Shown in pieces: positions 1 to 7,983 of a DNA stretch of 50,346 nucleotides. Positions within the stretch are counted from its first letter, which is position 1, and each line of letters begins with the position of its first letter. The stretch is from a virus (lineage: Duplodnaviria > Caudoviricetes), in IMG/VR virus record IMGVR_UViG_3300032135_000012, positions 1 to 50,346 of that record; one strand, written 5' to 3'. Both the position numbers and the translations under genes were made by a program. Below the pieces are notes generated by a model that searched no databases, was not told where the DNA came from, and was given only the letters and a program-made list of their open reading frames with translations.

Positions 1-127
1 CGGGGAGCGCCGCTGGAATGGTGTGGTATGGCCCGCCATGCAGGTTGACCGTTACAACGCCGATCTGTCTCGTATCGCATCACGTCACGCGGCCGGAATG
101 CCCACCGTGGCGCTAGTGGATGGGCTG
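1..127. repeat. 127-bp terminal direct repeat, identical to 50220-50346; probable assembly overlap of a circular contig
   Basis: Exact match of the two ends; an ORF reads through the junction (50167 to stop at 169). Confidence 0.95.
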
Positions 128-175
128 TATAACCTAGCCCACTCATTCGACTACGCGGGTAAGCCGTAGCCCTGT

Positions 176-230
176 AGGTTACTGACTAAGCGCTACAGTC
201 TCACCCCTGTAGCGCTTGTGGTGGCAACCT
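176..230 (+). other. Early-region long intergenic hairpin 1
   Basis: AAGCGCTACAG (188-198) pairs with CTGTAGCGCTT (207-217); extended by AGGTT/AACCT; followed by an A/C-rich tract and CTAAGGA SD. Confidence 0.75.
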
Positions 231-263
231 CCACTAACGACAACACTCTAAGGACTGATCAAC

Positions 264-488
264 ATGGACTACGAATACACTGACACAGACGACAACGGAC
301 TAACGGACAGCGAACTGCACGAGCGTTTCGATGAGGTGCTGGATGAGGGTTACACCCTTAACGATATCGCCGGTATTGAGTTCGCTGCCTCTCGCGTGCT
401 CCGTGAGTGTGACCCTATCGCGTACCGTTGCTGCTTCTCGGACTGGCTAGACGCTGAACTACAGGACGGCGATGTTATCGAACTGTAA
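264..488 (+). CDS. Very acidic small early protein (possible DNA mimic)
   Basis: TAAGGA SD; about 22 D/E versus 4 R and no K in 74 aa. Confidence 0.8.
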   Translation: MDYEYTDTDDNGLTDSELHERFDEVLDEGYTLNDIAGIEFAASRVLRECDPIAYRCCFSDWLDAELQDGDVIEL

Positions 489-545
489 CCGATTCTCACT
501 AGCCACACTCTCTCGCAGGGTGGGGCACTGGGAGCTAATCGGCTA
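486..545 (+). other. Early-region long intergenic hairpin 2
   Basis: CCGATT/AATCGG outer stem with an imperfect inner stem; followed by CTAAGGA SD. Confidence 0.6.
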
Positions 546-578
546 CCTGATAGACAACAGCGAACTAAGGATCACACA

Positions 579-959
579 ATGACCAATGCTACCCCTCAAG
601 ACGTACTGTCAGCCGTGCTGGAGCATGTACCCGCTAACGCAAGCAACTACACCCGCGCGGCGGTGGATGACATTACGGGAGCTATGGAAGCCCCCGCTAG
701 CGGCACTGTTGCGCTATGGTTCAAGAATCGCCACGGTACTCTCGTTGACACTGTGCAAGTTGGTAAAGACGGTCATGGCGCATGGGTACCCACTGGCCGC
801 CTAGTGGACTCTCAGACACGCGCCGGAGGTGCGGTGCTCGACGACTCCATACGCGACTATGCGGGAATGCGTGTTCATGCCGTGACTGAAACATGCCTCA
901 TTGCCTCCACACACAATCAGGTTATGGCGTACACCACAATCAACAATGAAAACAGCTAA
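579..959 (+). CDS. Hypothetical early protein
   Basis: CTAAGGA SD; 126-aa ORF. Confidence 0.8.
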   Translation: MTNATPQDVLSAVLEHVPANASNYTRAAVDDITGAMEAPASGTVALWFKNRHGTLVDTVQVGKDGHGAWVPTGRLVDSQTRAGGAVLDDSIRDYAGMRVHAVTETCLIASTHNQVMAYTTINNENS

Positions 960-969
960 GGGACACGCA

Positions 970-1158
970 ATGAACACGAGAATGACTGAACCAGCATCCA
1001 TAGCAGAGTGCGATTACTGCACGGCTACAGTTGAGTTTGATCGGGTATATGACTCCCCAGAGTCTCCATTCTATGCGCTTGTAGCGCGATCCGGTGGCAG
1101 CGATCATCTGTCTATTTGGTGCGGTGAGCATGAACCAGAGCGCCGACTCACTGGGTAA
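970..1158 (+). CDS. Hypothetical protein with CxxC...C/H (possible Zn binding)
   Basis: CTAAGGG SD before ATG 970; CDYC and WCGEH. Confidence 0.7.
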   Translation: MNTRMTEPASIAECDYCTATVEFDRVYDSPESPFYALVARSGGSDHLSIWCGEHEPERRLTG

Positions 1159-1209
1159 CCAGCTAGGCACGCTCGCCCAATATCGGGCGTGCTTATGGTG
1201 GCAATCTAG
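1151..1209 (+). other. Early-region long intergenic hairpin 3
   Basis: TAGGCACGCTCG (1164-1175) pairs with CGGGCGTGCTTA (1184-1195); shares TGGTGGCAAYCT 3' flank with hairpin 1. Confidence 0.75.
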
Positions 1210-1240
1210 CCCCAAACAATAACAAACTAAGGATTACACA

Positions 1241-1387
1241 ATGAAGAAAATAAGCACACGCATGTCAGAAGAGGCACACACTGTATATACCGAACGGCGC
1301 ATCCTTGACCGGGAGCGCACTACGGTACGCCACGAGGCACGCGCCAGTAAGTTCAATGCGCGGGCACGCTTCGGAGGTGTCAACTAA
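1241..1387 (+). CDS. Small basic hypothetical protein (48 aa, MKKISTRMSEE...)
   Basis: CTAAGGA SD; translated by hand; TAATG overlap with the next ORF. Confidence 0.7.
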   Translation: MKKISTRMSEEAHTVYTERRILDRERTTVRHEARASKFNARARFGGVN

Positions 1388-1503
1388 TGGCAATGTACCC
1401 GCCCGTACCAGCAAGCGCTCACGTAGCCAACCAAGCGCCGGTCACCTGCACCTGCGGGTGTGCAGCACACTATCCCATCCATTTCTCAATGGGATCACTA
1501 TGA
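1387..1503 (+). CDS. Small hypothetical protein (38 aa, CTCGC motif)
   Basis: Start/stop overlaps on both sides. Confidence 0.5.
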   Translation: MAMYPPVPASAHVANQAPVTCTCGCAAHYPIHFSMGSL

Positions 1504-1637
1504 ACTACCGAGTACGCAACAAGCGCACAGGGGGACTACTCCCAGACGTGTACGGCCTAAGAAAAGCGCAAGCGCTCGCAGTTACGATGAACTCACTCAA
1601 TCGGACAGACGTATTTCAGACATGGAAAGAGGGTTAG
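1500..1637 (+). CDS. Small hypothetical protein (MNYRVRNKRTG...)
   Basis: ATGA overlap; tight gene packing. Confidence 0.65.
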   Translation: MNYRVRNKRTGGLLPDVYGLRKAQALAVTMNSLNRTDVFQTWKEG

Positions 1638-1640
1638 ATC

Positions 1641-1883
1641 ATGGCTAAGTCACTAGAGGCAAAAGTCCTAGGCAAGCTCAAAGAGCATATGACGGGCATT
1701 ATATACGTGCACGAGGATATGGCAGTGCGTGAAGCCAAGCTCTGGGAAGCGCTCATTGCCAACGCGCCAACCTTGAGCCATGCTCGCTATTACGGTTTTA
1801 CCCATATCAGGTCAATACGCGATCTCGTGCGAACCAGATTGATTCTCCAGCGCTTCATACGCATATTCGGGAAAGAGGTATAG
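1641..1883 (+). CDS. Hypothetical protein
   Basis: GAGGG SD; operon packing. Confidence 0.7.
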   Translation: MAKSLEAKVLGKLKEHMTGIIYVHEDMAVREAKLWEALIANAPTLSHARYYGFTHIRSIRDLVRTRLILQRFIRIFGKEV

Positions 1884-1886
1884 AGA

Positions 1887-2282
1887 ATGACGTACTCAGA
1901 CAAGCTACAAGCAGCCCTAGCGGCCGTGGAAGCGCAAGACGCACAGTTCAGCACAATCGGCATGATCGAACCGCTCAGAGAGGCACTGAATGCCGCGCTC
2001 ACAGAGCTAGACAGTACTGTCGCCATGTACGAAGATGCAGAGCAGGAACTCAGGGGGTCACAGGGAGAGCTTGAGGCATCGCAAGATGAACTAGGGGATG
2101 CCCAGAAGCGCATAGGCGCACTAGAGGACGAACTCTTCGAAAACCAAACATCATACGTCATTGACGTACAAATCCACCGAATCAAGTACCTGGGGCTTGA
2201 CTCGGAACACTCCACAATCGAACTACTCGAAAAGATGCGAGACAACGCAGAACAGGAAGAGGCTCACAATGCTAACGCTTGA
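1887..2282 (+). CDS. Acidic coiled-coil hypothetical protein
   Basis: GAGG SD; heptad pattern (EQELRGSQGELEASQDELGDAQ). Confidence 0.75.
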   Translation: MTYSDKLQAALAAVEAQDAQFSTIGMIEPLREALNAALTELDSTVAMYEDAEQELRGSQGELEASQDELGDAQKRIGALEDELFENQTSYVIDVQIHRIKYLGLDSEHSTIELLEKMRDNAEQEEAHNANA

Positions 2283-2457
2283 CAAAGACGGACAATTCGA
2301 CTCAGACGGTAAAAAGTTCGGCGTGATCGCCACTCAGAAGGGTGAGCGCTGGTATTTCAGAGATGCAGACTCGGGCATCCTGTACGCCTCAGGGCCTACA
2401 CCAAAAGAGTTTGCCAAACGGTTCTGGTTCCGCGATGACTTTGAAGGTTCAGAATGA
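2269..2457 (+). CDS. Hypothetical protein (MLTLDKDG...)
   Basis: GAGG SD; overlaps neighbours. Confidence 0.7.
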   Translation: MLTLDKDGQFDSDGKKFGVIATQKGERWYFRDADSGILYASGPTPKEFAKRFWFRDDFEGSE

Positions 2458-2660
2458 CAATGCCATACAGGGAAGTTCGTAAAATCTACATTCAGAGTCG
2501 CGCCGATGTGCTGCTAAGGGAGACCTCGGGTACTCGGAACCGTGGCCACGTTAAAGAGTTGGCCTGTAGGGAGTTTGATAATTTCGTTCAGAATGAGCGT
2601 GATATTGCGGTTGCCGAGGCACTGCTTGCGCTTATACATGAGGGGGAGGGCACAGAATGA
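2454..2660 (+). CDS. Hypothetical protein
   Basis: ATGA overlap. Confidence 0.65.
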   Translation: MTMPYREVRKIYIQSRADVLLRETSGTRNRGHVKELACREFDNFVQNERDIAVAEALLALIHEGEGTE

Positions 2661-2749
2661 TCGAACTCACAACGCAAGCTTGGGGAATCCTGCTCATGGT
2701 TGGCGTTATCTCTTTCACAATCGGCTACTACGTTAGGGGACAAATATGA
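2657..2749 (+). CDS. 30-aa single-TM membrane peptide (MIELTTQAWGILLMVGVISFTIGYYVRGQI)
   Basis: GGAGG SD; ATGA overlaps at both ends; hydrophobic stretch. Confidence 0.65.
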   Translation: MIELTTQAWGILLMVGVISFTIGYYVRGQI

Positions 2750-3168
2750 CTACGACACAGGCACTAATAACGGCGGCGACACAGATCGCGACAGACGTTC
2801 GCTTGAAGCGGGAACTCATCGCAGAGAATGACAGGCTCAAGAAAGATATCCAAGCTCTAGGGGCTGCCCACGAATTCGCGCTTCAAGAGGTAGACAAGAC
2901 GGGGTATGCGCTATCGGCACAGCTTGTCACATTGGAGAAGGAACGCCAACAAGTTTGGGAGCTACGGGGTGCCATAACCAGTCTTGAGGCAGAGAATGAC
3001 GATCTGAGAGCCAGTCTTGATTTGGCAACTCAGGCACGCCGAGAGAGTGGGGTTTATGTCTCTAATCTCAAGAGAGAGCTTTACGCGCTACAGGCACGAA
3101 CACTGGATCTTGAGGATCAGAATGATGACCTCCATCGGGAGCTTTTCTGGCTCTCCAAGGAGCACTAG
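2746..3168 (+). CDS. Coiled-coil hypothetical protein
   Basis: Heptad-rich 140 aa. Confidence 0.75.
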   Translation: MTTTQALITAATQIATDVRLKRELIAENDRLKKDIQALGAAHEFALQEVDKTGYALSAQLVTLEKERQQVWELRGAITSLEAENDDLRASLDLATQARRESGVYVSNLKRELYALQARTLDLEDQNDDLHRELFWLSKEH

Positions 3169-3175
3169 CCTAATA

Positions 3176-3223
3176 GCCCTAGTGACGTTCTAAGACGTTA
3201 CGGTTCGAAACCGCACTAGGGCA
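3176..3223 (+). ncRNA. tRNA-like mini-element (three-way junction with T-loop)
   Basis: 9-bp stem GCCCTAGTG/CACTAGGGC, hairpin ACGT/ACGT, and CGG-TTCGAAA-CCG arm. Confidence 0.55.
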
Positions 3224-3279
3224 CACGAAACACAGGAAAAGCTCTCAGAGAGCTACTGAGACAGGAAAGAGGACATGTT

Positions 3280-3678
3280 ATGAACATTGAAGAGTACGCA
3301 GCACAGTTTCCGACGATCAAGCGAGAGGACATCAAGGGTGGTCAGACTGTTTTGGCTCAGAGTGAAGATTTCTTCGTTCAGCATGTAGCTCACTCATGTG
3401 AGTCCTTCTCCAGCTACAAAACGTTGCGTCTTGTAAAAGACATCGAGCCTCAGTTTGAGGATGGTTTTTATGTCAATCCGGCGAGTAATCGTGTTTGGGT
3501 TCGTCAGAATGGTGCTTGGTTTTTGGATGGGAGTCTTATCTCCGAGGATGGCGCTGAGCAGTATTACCCTTTGACTCGTCTTTATACTCCGGCTCAGTTG
3601 GTTGACACTTTGAGAGATGCGGGTTGGTCTCGTACTGCTTTGGGGCTAGAGGATGCTATTGCTCAGGTCAAGCTCTGA
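3280..3678 (+). CDS. Hypothetical protein, paralog family A
   Basis: GAGGA SD; YYPLTRLY motif shared with the 5000 and 9700 ORFs. Confidence 0.8.
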   Translation: MNIEEYAAQFPTIKREDIKGGQTVLAQSEDFFVQHVAHSCESFSSYKTLRLVKDIEPQFEDGFYVNPASNRVWVRQNGAWFLDGSLISEDGAEQYYPLTRLYTPAQLVDTLRDAGWSRTALGLEDAIAQVKL

Positions 3679-3759
3679 TGACGTTTGTTGTTGGTATTTT
3701 TCTTACTGCGGCGACTTTGCACCTTGTGGATAACTTCTTGAGTTAAACTCTAGGGTTCG

Positions 3760-4075
3760 TCAGGTGGGGGGGGGGGGGTCTATAAACCCTTATTTGTCTA
3801 TAACAATATATATACTGAATAGGCTTTAAGTGAGAGGGGGGGGTGAGCTCTCGTCAAAAATCCCTGTAAACGTCTCACAGCCGAGTGTTTCCTATTTCGG
3901 CAAGATAGGCGAATCTCGTTGGAAAGTGTTTCCTATATCTAGGAAATAGGCCCCTATATCCCCCAGATATATATCTGAGTTATATAGCTATAATATATAT
4001 ATAATCCGTATATGTATCAGGGGTGATAATCACAATTCTGAATGGAAAGTGTTTCCTATTTACCCATATAGGGTT
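3760..4075. promoter_or_regulatory. AT-rich non-coding region with G-tracts and three AGTGTTTCCTAT repeats; candidate replication origin or control region
   Basis: G13 (3766-3778), G8 (3836-3843), TA-rich 3966-4010; repeats at 3884, 3925 and 4048. Confidence 0.55.
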
Positions 4076-4102
4076 GATAAAACCGCGTTACATGGTTACA
4101 CT
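4074..4102 (+). promoter_or_regulatory. SigA-like promoter
   Basis: TTGATA-17 bp-TACACT upstream of GGGAGG SD. Confidence 0.7.
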
Positions 4103-4136
4103 CGAAAAAGAACAACTACAAAAGGGAGGCTTGAGA

Positions 4137-4424
4137 ATGAGGAATACGCTTGAGGCGCAAGAGGAGATTGATCTGCTGGAAGAGTTGATTACTGTTATTG
4201 AGGCAGAGACTTCGGAGTATGACCCGTACACTGCTGGCGCGTACCCAGAGTCCTTGAAGCGTGCTGACGGGAGCGATATGTCAGAGACAGCTGCTCGTGC
4301 CGTGCTGACCATCCTCATTCGGGAGAAAGACGAGTCGTGGGCGAACGGTGCTGGCACAGTGACAAGGTTGGGCTTTGGGCAAGAGTGGCCCGTGCCAGAG
4401 AACGACGAGAACTTAGGAGGATGA
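4137..4424 (+). CDS. Acidic hypothetical protein
   Basis: GGGAGG SD; downstream of promoter. Confidence 0.75.
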   Translation: MRNTLEAQEEIDLLEELITVIEAETSEYDPYTAGAYPESLKRADGSDMSETAARAVLTILIREKDESWANGAGTVTRLGFGQEWPVPENDENLGG

Positions 4425-4429
4425 AAGCA

Positions 4430-4807
4430 ATGACTGAAATGACCATCAGATTCACCCCGAGTGGTGACCTATTGCGGCGCACTCGTGAGCTTCTTCAATC
4501 GGCGGAAGGGCTGTCGTGGGTTGACAGTGTTGATGTTGAGTCTGACCCACGTCACGCGATTGTAACGGTGGCTAGTGGTGCGCTCTATTCCGGAGAGCCT
4601 GTTGTAGTGCGCTATGACGTGGCCGCGCGAGAGTTTGTTATTCTGGCAACTCCAGAATTGTCTGGGCAGGTTCGAGACAGTGTGAGGGACGATATTGGAT
4701 ACTGGGCTGTGGCGCACTTGGATAATTCTGACGCCATCTTCTATAGGCAGAATGAGATGCTGCTTGTTGAGGCTTTGATCGGCGCAGCGCTAAGCCAAGA
4801 GAACTAG
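4430..4807 (+). CDS. Hypothetical protein
   Basis: AGGAGG SD; start at 4421 or 4430. Confidence 0.75.
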   Translation: MTEMTIRFTPSGDLLRRTRELLQSAEGLSWVDSVDVESDPRHAIVTVASGALYSGEPVVVRYDVAAREFVILATPELSGQVRDSVRDDIGYWAVAHLDNSDAIFYRQNEMLLVEALIGAALSQEN

Positions 4808-4820
4808 GAGGTCACGCAAA

Positions 4821-5003
4821 ATGTCTGATGTTTTATCAAGTGGGAAGCACGACCGCATTGTGCGTTACGGGTTTGATGTGTGCGATACCTGCATTAATTC
4901 TCTCGGGTTGAACATTCGGTGGGAGCAAGCATGGTGTCAGAACGGTGTTGAGATTCTTCCATCCGAGATTATGCCGACAGAGAAGAAGGAGGATGTGAAA
5001 TGA
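4821..5003 (+). CDS. Hypothetical protein with CxxC
   Basis: AGGAGG SD. Confidence 0.7.
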   Translation: MSDVLSSGKHDRIVRYGFDVCDTCINSLGLNIRWEQAWCQNGVEILPSEIMPTEKKEDVK

Positions 5004-5488
5004 CTGACTGGGTTGTTCAAGAGGATTGGTATGAGGTCGCAGTTGGCGATCAGGTGAGAGTCGTACGTGGAGACAACGTACTCGACGGCAAGATTGTTTA
5101 TCGCTACCAACTGGGAAACGCCGAGGTGTACGCGATTGGTTTGCTGGTCGATAGCATTTCGGGTTCTTTGCGCATCACAAACGAGGTGTGGACTCTATTC
5201 GTTCCTGCGAAACCTGCCGTGGTGCTACCAACCGAACCCGGCTTGTACCTTTCACCCGTGGAGGGCGGGCCGTGGGTATTCCAGTTGAGCGAGTATGGCG
5301 ATTGGAAGCTCATCAATACCAATTCACCCTTCCCGATTGGTGACGGTCATCTGGAGCGCAACGCCCCATTCACCAAGTTGGAGCCGGTAGCGGTGACAGC
5401 CAAGAAGGTAATCGAGTTCATTGACGCATACCCATTCACGGATGCTCTAGATGCCGTCCGCACGGAGTTCGGGGTTTCTCATGGCTAG
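5000..5488 (+). CDS. Hypothetical protein, paralog family A
   Basis: AGGAGG SD; N-terminal VAVGDQVRV, then PTEPGLY and APFTKL. Confidence 0.8.
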   Translation: MTDWVVQEDWYEVAVGDQVRVVRGDNVLDGKIVYRYQLGNAEVYAIGLLVDSISGSLRITNEVWTLFVPAKPAVVLPTEPGLYLSPVEGGPWVFQLSEYGDWKLINTNSPFPIGDGHLERNAPFTKLEPVAVTAKKVIEFIDAYPFTDALDAVRTEFGVSHG

Positions 5489-5493
5489 ACTTC

Positions 5494-5539
5494 TTGTGTT
5501 CTGTATTGTTTATTGGTAGGTTATAGGTAATAGGTTTTC
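5494..5539 (+). promoter_or_regulatory. Promoter with conserved 24-bp element (copy 1)
   Basis: TTGTGT-17-TAGGTT; GTAGGTTATAGGTAATAGGTTTTC is 23/24 identical to 8671-8694. Confidence 0.65.
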
Positions 5540-5556
5540 TTAGGGAAGGGGTTTTG

Positions 5557-5745
5557 ATGGATAACGATGGTAGGACGATTGAAGAGTTCTATGCGACTCG
5601 TGAGGGTGGTTCTGGCTGTCCCGGTGATGATGGTGGCCCCCATTATTTCGCTTTCAGGGACGTCCTTGTCAAGAGTCGCATTTGTATTGACTGCGGTGAG
5701 CCAGAGCAGTACTCACCCAAAACAGAGAACGGAGAGAAGCCATGA
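5557..5745 (+). CDS. Small Zn-ribbon-like protein (cassette 1)
   Basis: C...H...CxxC; ends in the conserved linker ENGEKP. Confidence 0.7.
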   Translation: MDNDGRTIEEFYATREGGSGCPGDDGGPHYFAFRDVLVKSRICIDCGEPEQYSPKTENGEKP

Positions 5746-5945
5746 GCGATGTATCTATCAACGACCCTGATGCCACGTGCCCCGGCTGCCACTCGGGAGA
5801 TTTCCCTGACTTCGATCACTACGTCGAAGCGAAGGGGCTGACTCCTGACGAAATCGGTGCAGGATTTGGCGCATGGATGAACGCCTCTACGGGATGGGAC
5901 GGCGATCAACACCGCACTACATACGTTGAAGGAGAGAATCCATGA
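5742..5945 (+). CDS. Small hypothetical protein (cassette 2)
   Basis: GGAGAGAAGCC-ATGAGCGA linker. Confidence 0.75.
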   Translation: MSDVSINDPDATCPGCHSGDFPDFDHYVEAKGLTPDEIGAGFGAWMNASTGWDGDQHRTTYVEGENP

Positions 5946-6136
5946 GCGACAACATTTATCAGTTCGGCGGTTCAGTATTTGACCCGTGGAATGGGATAAA
6001 CCGCGACAGTCCGTTCGCCCCTTGGAACGGGATTCACCGGGATGATCCGTTCGTGTGCTGGAATGATCCGTTCGTGTGCTGGAATGATCCATTCGGTCAC
6101 GGCAGCTACGAGGATGAAGCGAGGAGAGAACGATGA
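5942..6136 (+). CDS. Small protein with PF-x-x-WN repeats (cassette 3)
   Basis: Linker SD; 21-bp tandem duplication at 6042-6083. Confidence 0.7.
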   Translation: MSDNIYQFGGSVFDPWNGINRDSPFAPWNGIHRDDPFVCWNDPFVCWNDPFGHGSYEDEARRER

Positions 6137-6678
6137 GTGATGTATCTATCACCGACCTGATTGCGCGATTGCGTTATCAGGATAAGCCCTCGAATCCGCT
6201 TCATGACGCAGATTTGGAAGTGATCATGAATGAGGCGGCGGATGCTCTCGAAGCTGCTGATGAGGCGTTGTCCGTCGAAGGGCAGCAGCTCGCGCAGGCG
6301 TCCATTCACACCGCTGCGGTAACGAACGGGGCTCTACGGGGGGTTGGCGAGACGTTGGCGAAGATGGGTTGCGCCGGACTCCGGGCCGAGCGTGACGCTC
6401 TCACTGAGCAGGTCGCAGCATTGCAGGCCGTTATTGCGGATGCGCTGCACCAGACGAAGCGGGGGAATATTGCTACCCCGCCACACGTGATCGCAGCCCT
6501 CACCCAGTCACCCGTTGACGCACTCGAAGCCGTGAAAGAGAAGGCGTGGGATGAGGGTTACGAGGCGGGATCGGGAGACGAGGCCCATTATGCGCGGGGA
6601 CTGTCCACTGATCCCGGTGCGAGCGATCACCCGCACGAGAACCCGTACCATACCAAGACCGAAGGAGAGAAGCCATGA
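6133..6678 (+). CDS. Hypothetical protein (cassette 4)
   Basis: Linker SD; AWDEGY...NPY motif common in actinophage small proteins. Confidence 0.8.
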   Translation: MSDVSITDLIARLRYQDKPSNPLHDADLEVIMNEAADALEAADEALSVEGQQLAQASIHTAAVTNGALRGVGETLAKMGCAGLRAERDALTEQVAALQAVIADALHQTKRGNIATPPHVIAALTQSPVDALEAVKEKAWDEGYEAGSGDEAHYARGLSTDPGASDHPHENPYHTKTEGEKP

Positions 6679-7100
6679 GCGACAACGACGAATCTGGATC
6701 GTTATTCAACGAACTTGATCGGGACGCTGAGAATGAGGCGTGTGCCTTCCTCAGGGAGCGGTCTGAGGCTGCTGCGGGGCAGGCAGCCCGCAAGGTCGAG
6801 GCACCCGATGACGATGAGCGGGTGGCGCGTCTCGTGGCAATGGTTACGCCGCTTGGCTACGGCATGGCGCTCGCGTTGGTGAAGGCCGAAACGGAGATGC
6901 TCGCCGCGAGCAAGGTCGAGGTCACTGCCGAGATGGTGGAGATCGAACTAGCCAAGTTGGGGGTTCGCCCCGTAGACATTGGACCGATGACACGGCACTG
7001 GCTAACCGATTCACTGCGGATGCAGCTCACGCTAACGAAGATTCGTAATTCGGTGGATCGATCGATTAGAGACCCGCAAACGGAGGGTGCGGAGCAATGA
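6675..7100 (+). CDS. Hypothetical protein (cassette 5)
   Basis: Linker SD; ATGA overlap. Confidence 0.75.
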   Translation: MSDNDESGSLFNELDRDAENEACAFLRERSEAAAGQAARKVEAPDDDERVARLVAMVTPLGYGMALALVKAETEMLAASKVEVTAEMVEIELAKLGVRPVDIGPMTRHWLTDSLRMQLTLTKIRNSVDRSIRDPQTEGAEQ

Positions 7101-7177
7101 CTGAAACAGATAAGACGATATGCGTGCGAGAGTGTGCGAACATTATTTTTGTAAACAAGATGAAGGTAGGTAGTTGA

Positions 7178-7822
7178 ATGGCTAATCCGGTGAGTAATGA
7201 TCACAAGTTTTTGAAGGCTGTTGAGGATGCTCTAGAAGTTGAGCGTAAAGCTTCTGAGTTGGCGCGGCAGCGTGCGGCAGATTTGGAGCGTACTTTGGTG
7301 GCACCAGCGGCAGTGTTGACTGATGCTGCGATTGCTGACGCGTTGCGCAATGGGGTGCGACCACGGCATGTTCATGCGATTGGTTTAGGTACACAGAATC
7401 CGAACCGGGTTTATGGTGTGAAGGCCACGTTGTCGGCTCGTGATGAGGTTGCCGTGGTGACTCGTAAGGCGTATGTGTCCGAGGATGAGCATGTTGATTT
7501 CAACCTTGATGTTCTGGGTACGAAGACTTATACGCTCGTTACTGCGAGTGGTGTTGAGGTTGGACTTGACTTTGACCCGCTGCGCCTGACTGCAAAAGCG
7601 CAAGAGTCTGACGAGCAGAGCATTGTTGACCGTAATTGGCAACTGATTTTTGATTTTGTGCTGGAAAATACGACTGGTTTTGTTGCTGATGAGGTGTTGC
7701 CTTTGGGTGGCACGGAGTTCCGTAATGAGTCTGAGGCGTTTTTGGCGGAGCGCACGAAGCGTCGGCCGGTTGGGGTTGAGGCGGTTGAGTTTGCTGATGA
7801 TGATGAGTTTGGGGAGGAATGA
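7178..7822 (+). CDS. Hypothetical protein
   Basis: 214-aa ORF with acidic tail. Confidence 0.8.
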   Translation: MANPVSNDHKFLKAVEDALEVERKASELARQRAADLERTLVAPAAVLTDAAIADALRNGVRPRHVHAIGLGTQNPNRVYGVKATLSARDEVAVVTRKAYVSEDEHVDFNLDVLGTKTYTLVTASGVEVGLDFDPLRLTAKAQESDEQSIVDRNWQLIFDFVLENTTGFVADEVLPLGGTEFRNESEAFLAERTKRRPVGVEAVEFADDDEFGEE

Positions 7823-7983
7823 TGATTGAGGTTATTTGTCGCAAGGATCACAGCGAGACTGGTGGCGCTACTGCTGGTTTTGTTGTCGCAACATTTTATT
7901 CAATGCAGGATGCGTATGATCGTGGCATTGAGGAGTCTTACCCTCTTTGTTGGATTGAGTATGTCGAGAGGGAGGTGGACTGA
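7819..7983 (+). CDS. Small hypothetical protein (MMIEVICRKD...)
   Basis: GGAGG SD; translated by hand; overlaps both neighbours. Confidence 0.65.
   Translation: MMIEVICRKDHSETGGATAGFVVATFYSMQDAYDRGIEESYPLCWIEYVEREVD

Noticed and set aside
3176-3223. Canonical tRNA gene
   Set aside because: Only 48 nt, lacking a full D arm and anticodon arm; kept as a tRNA-like element.
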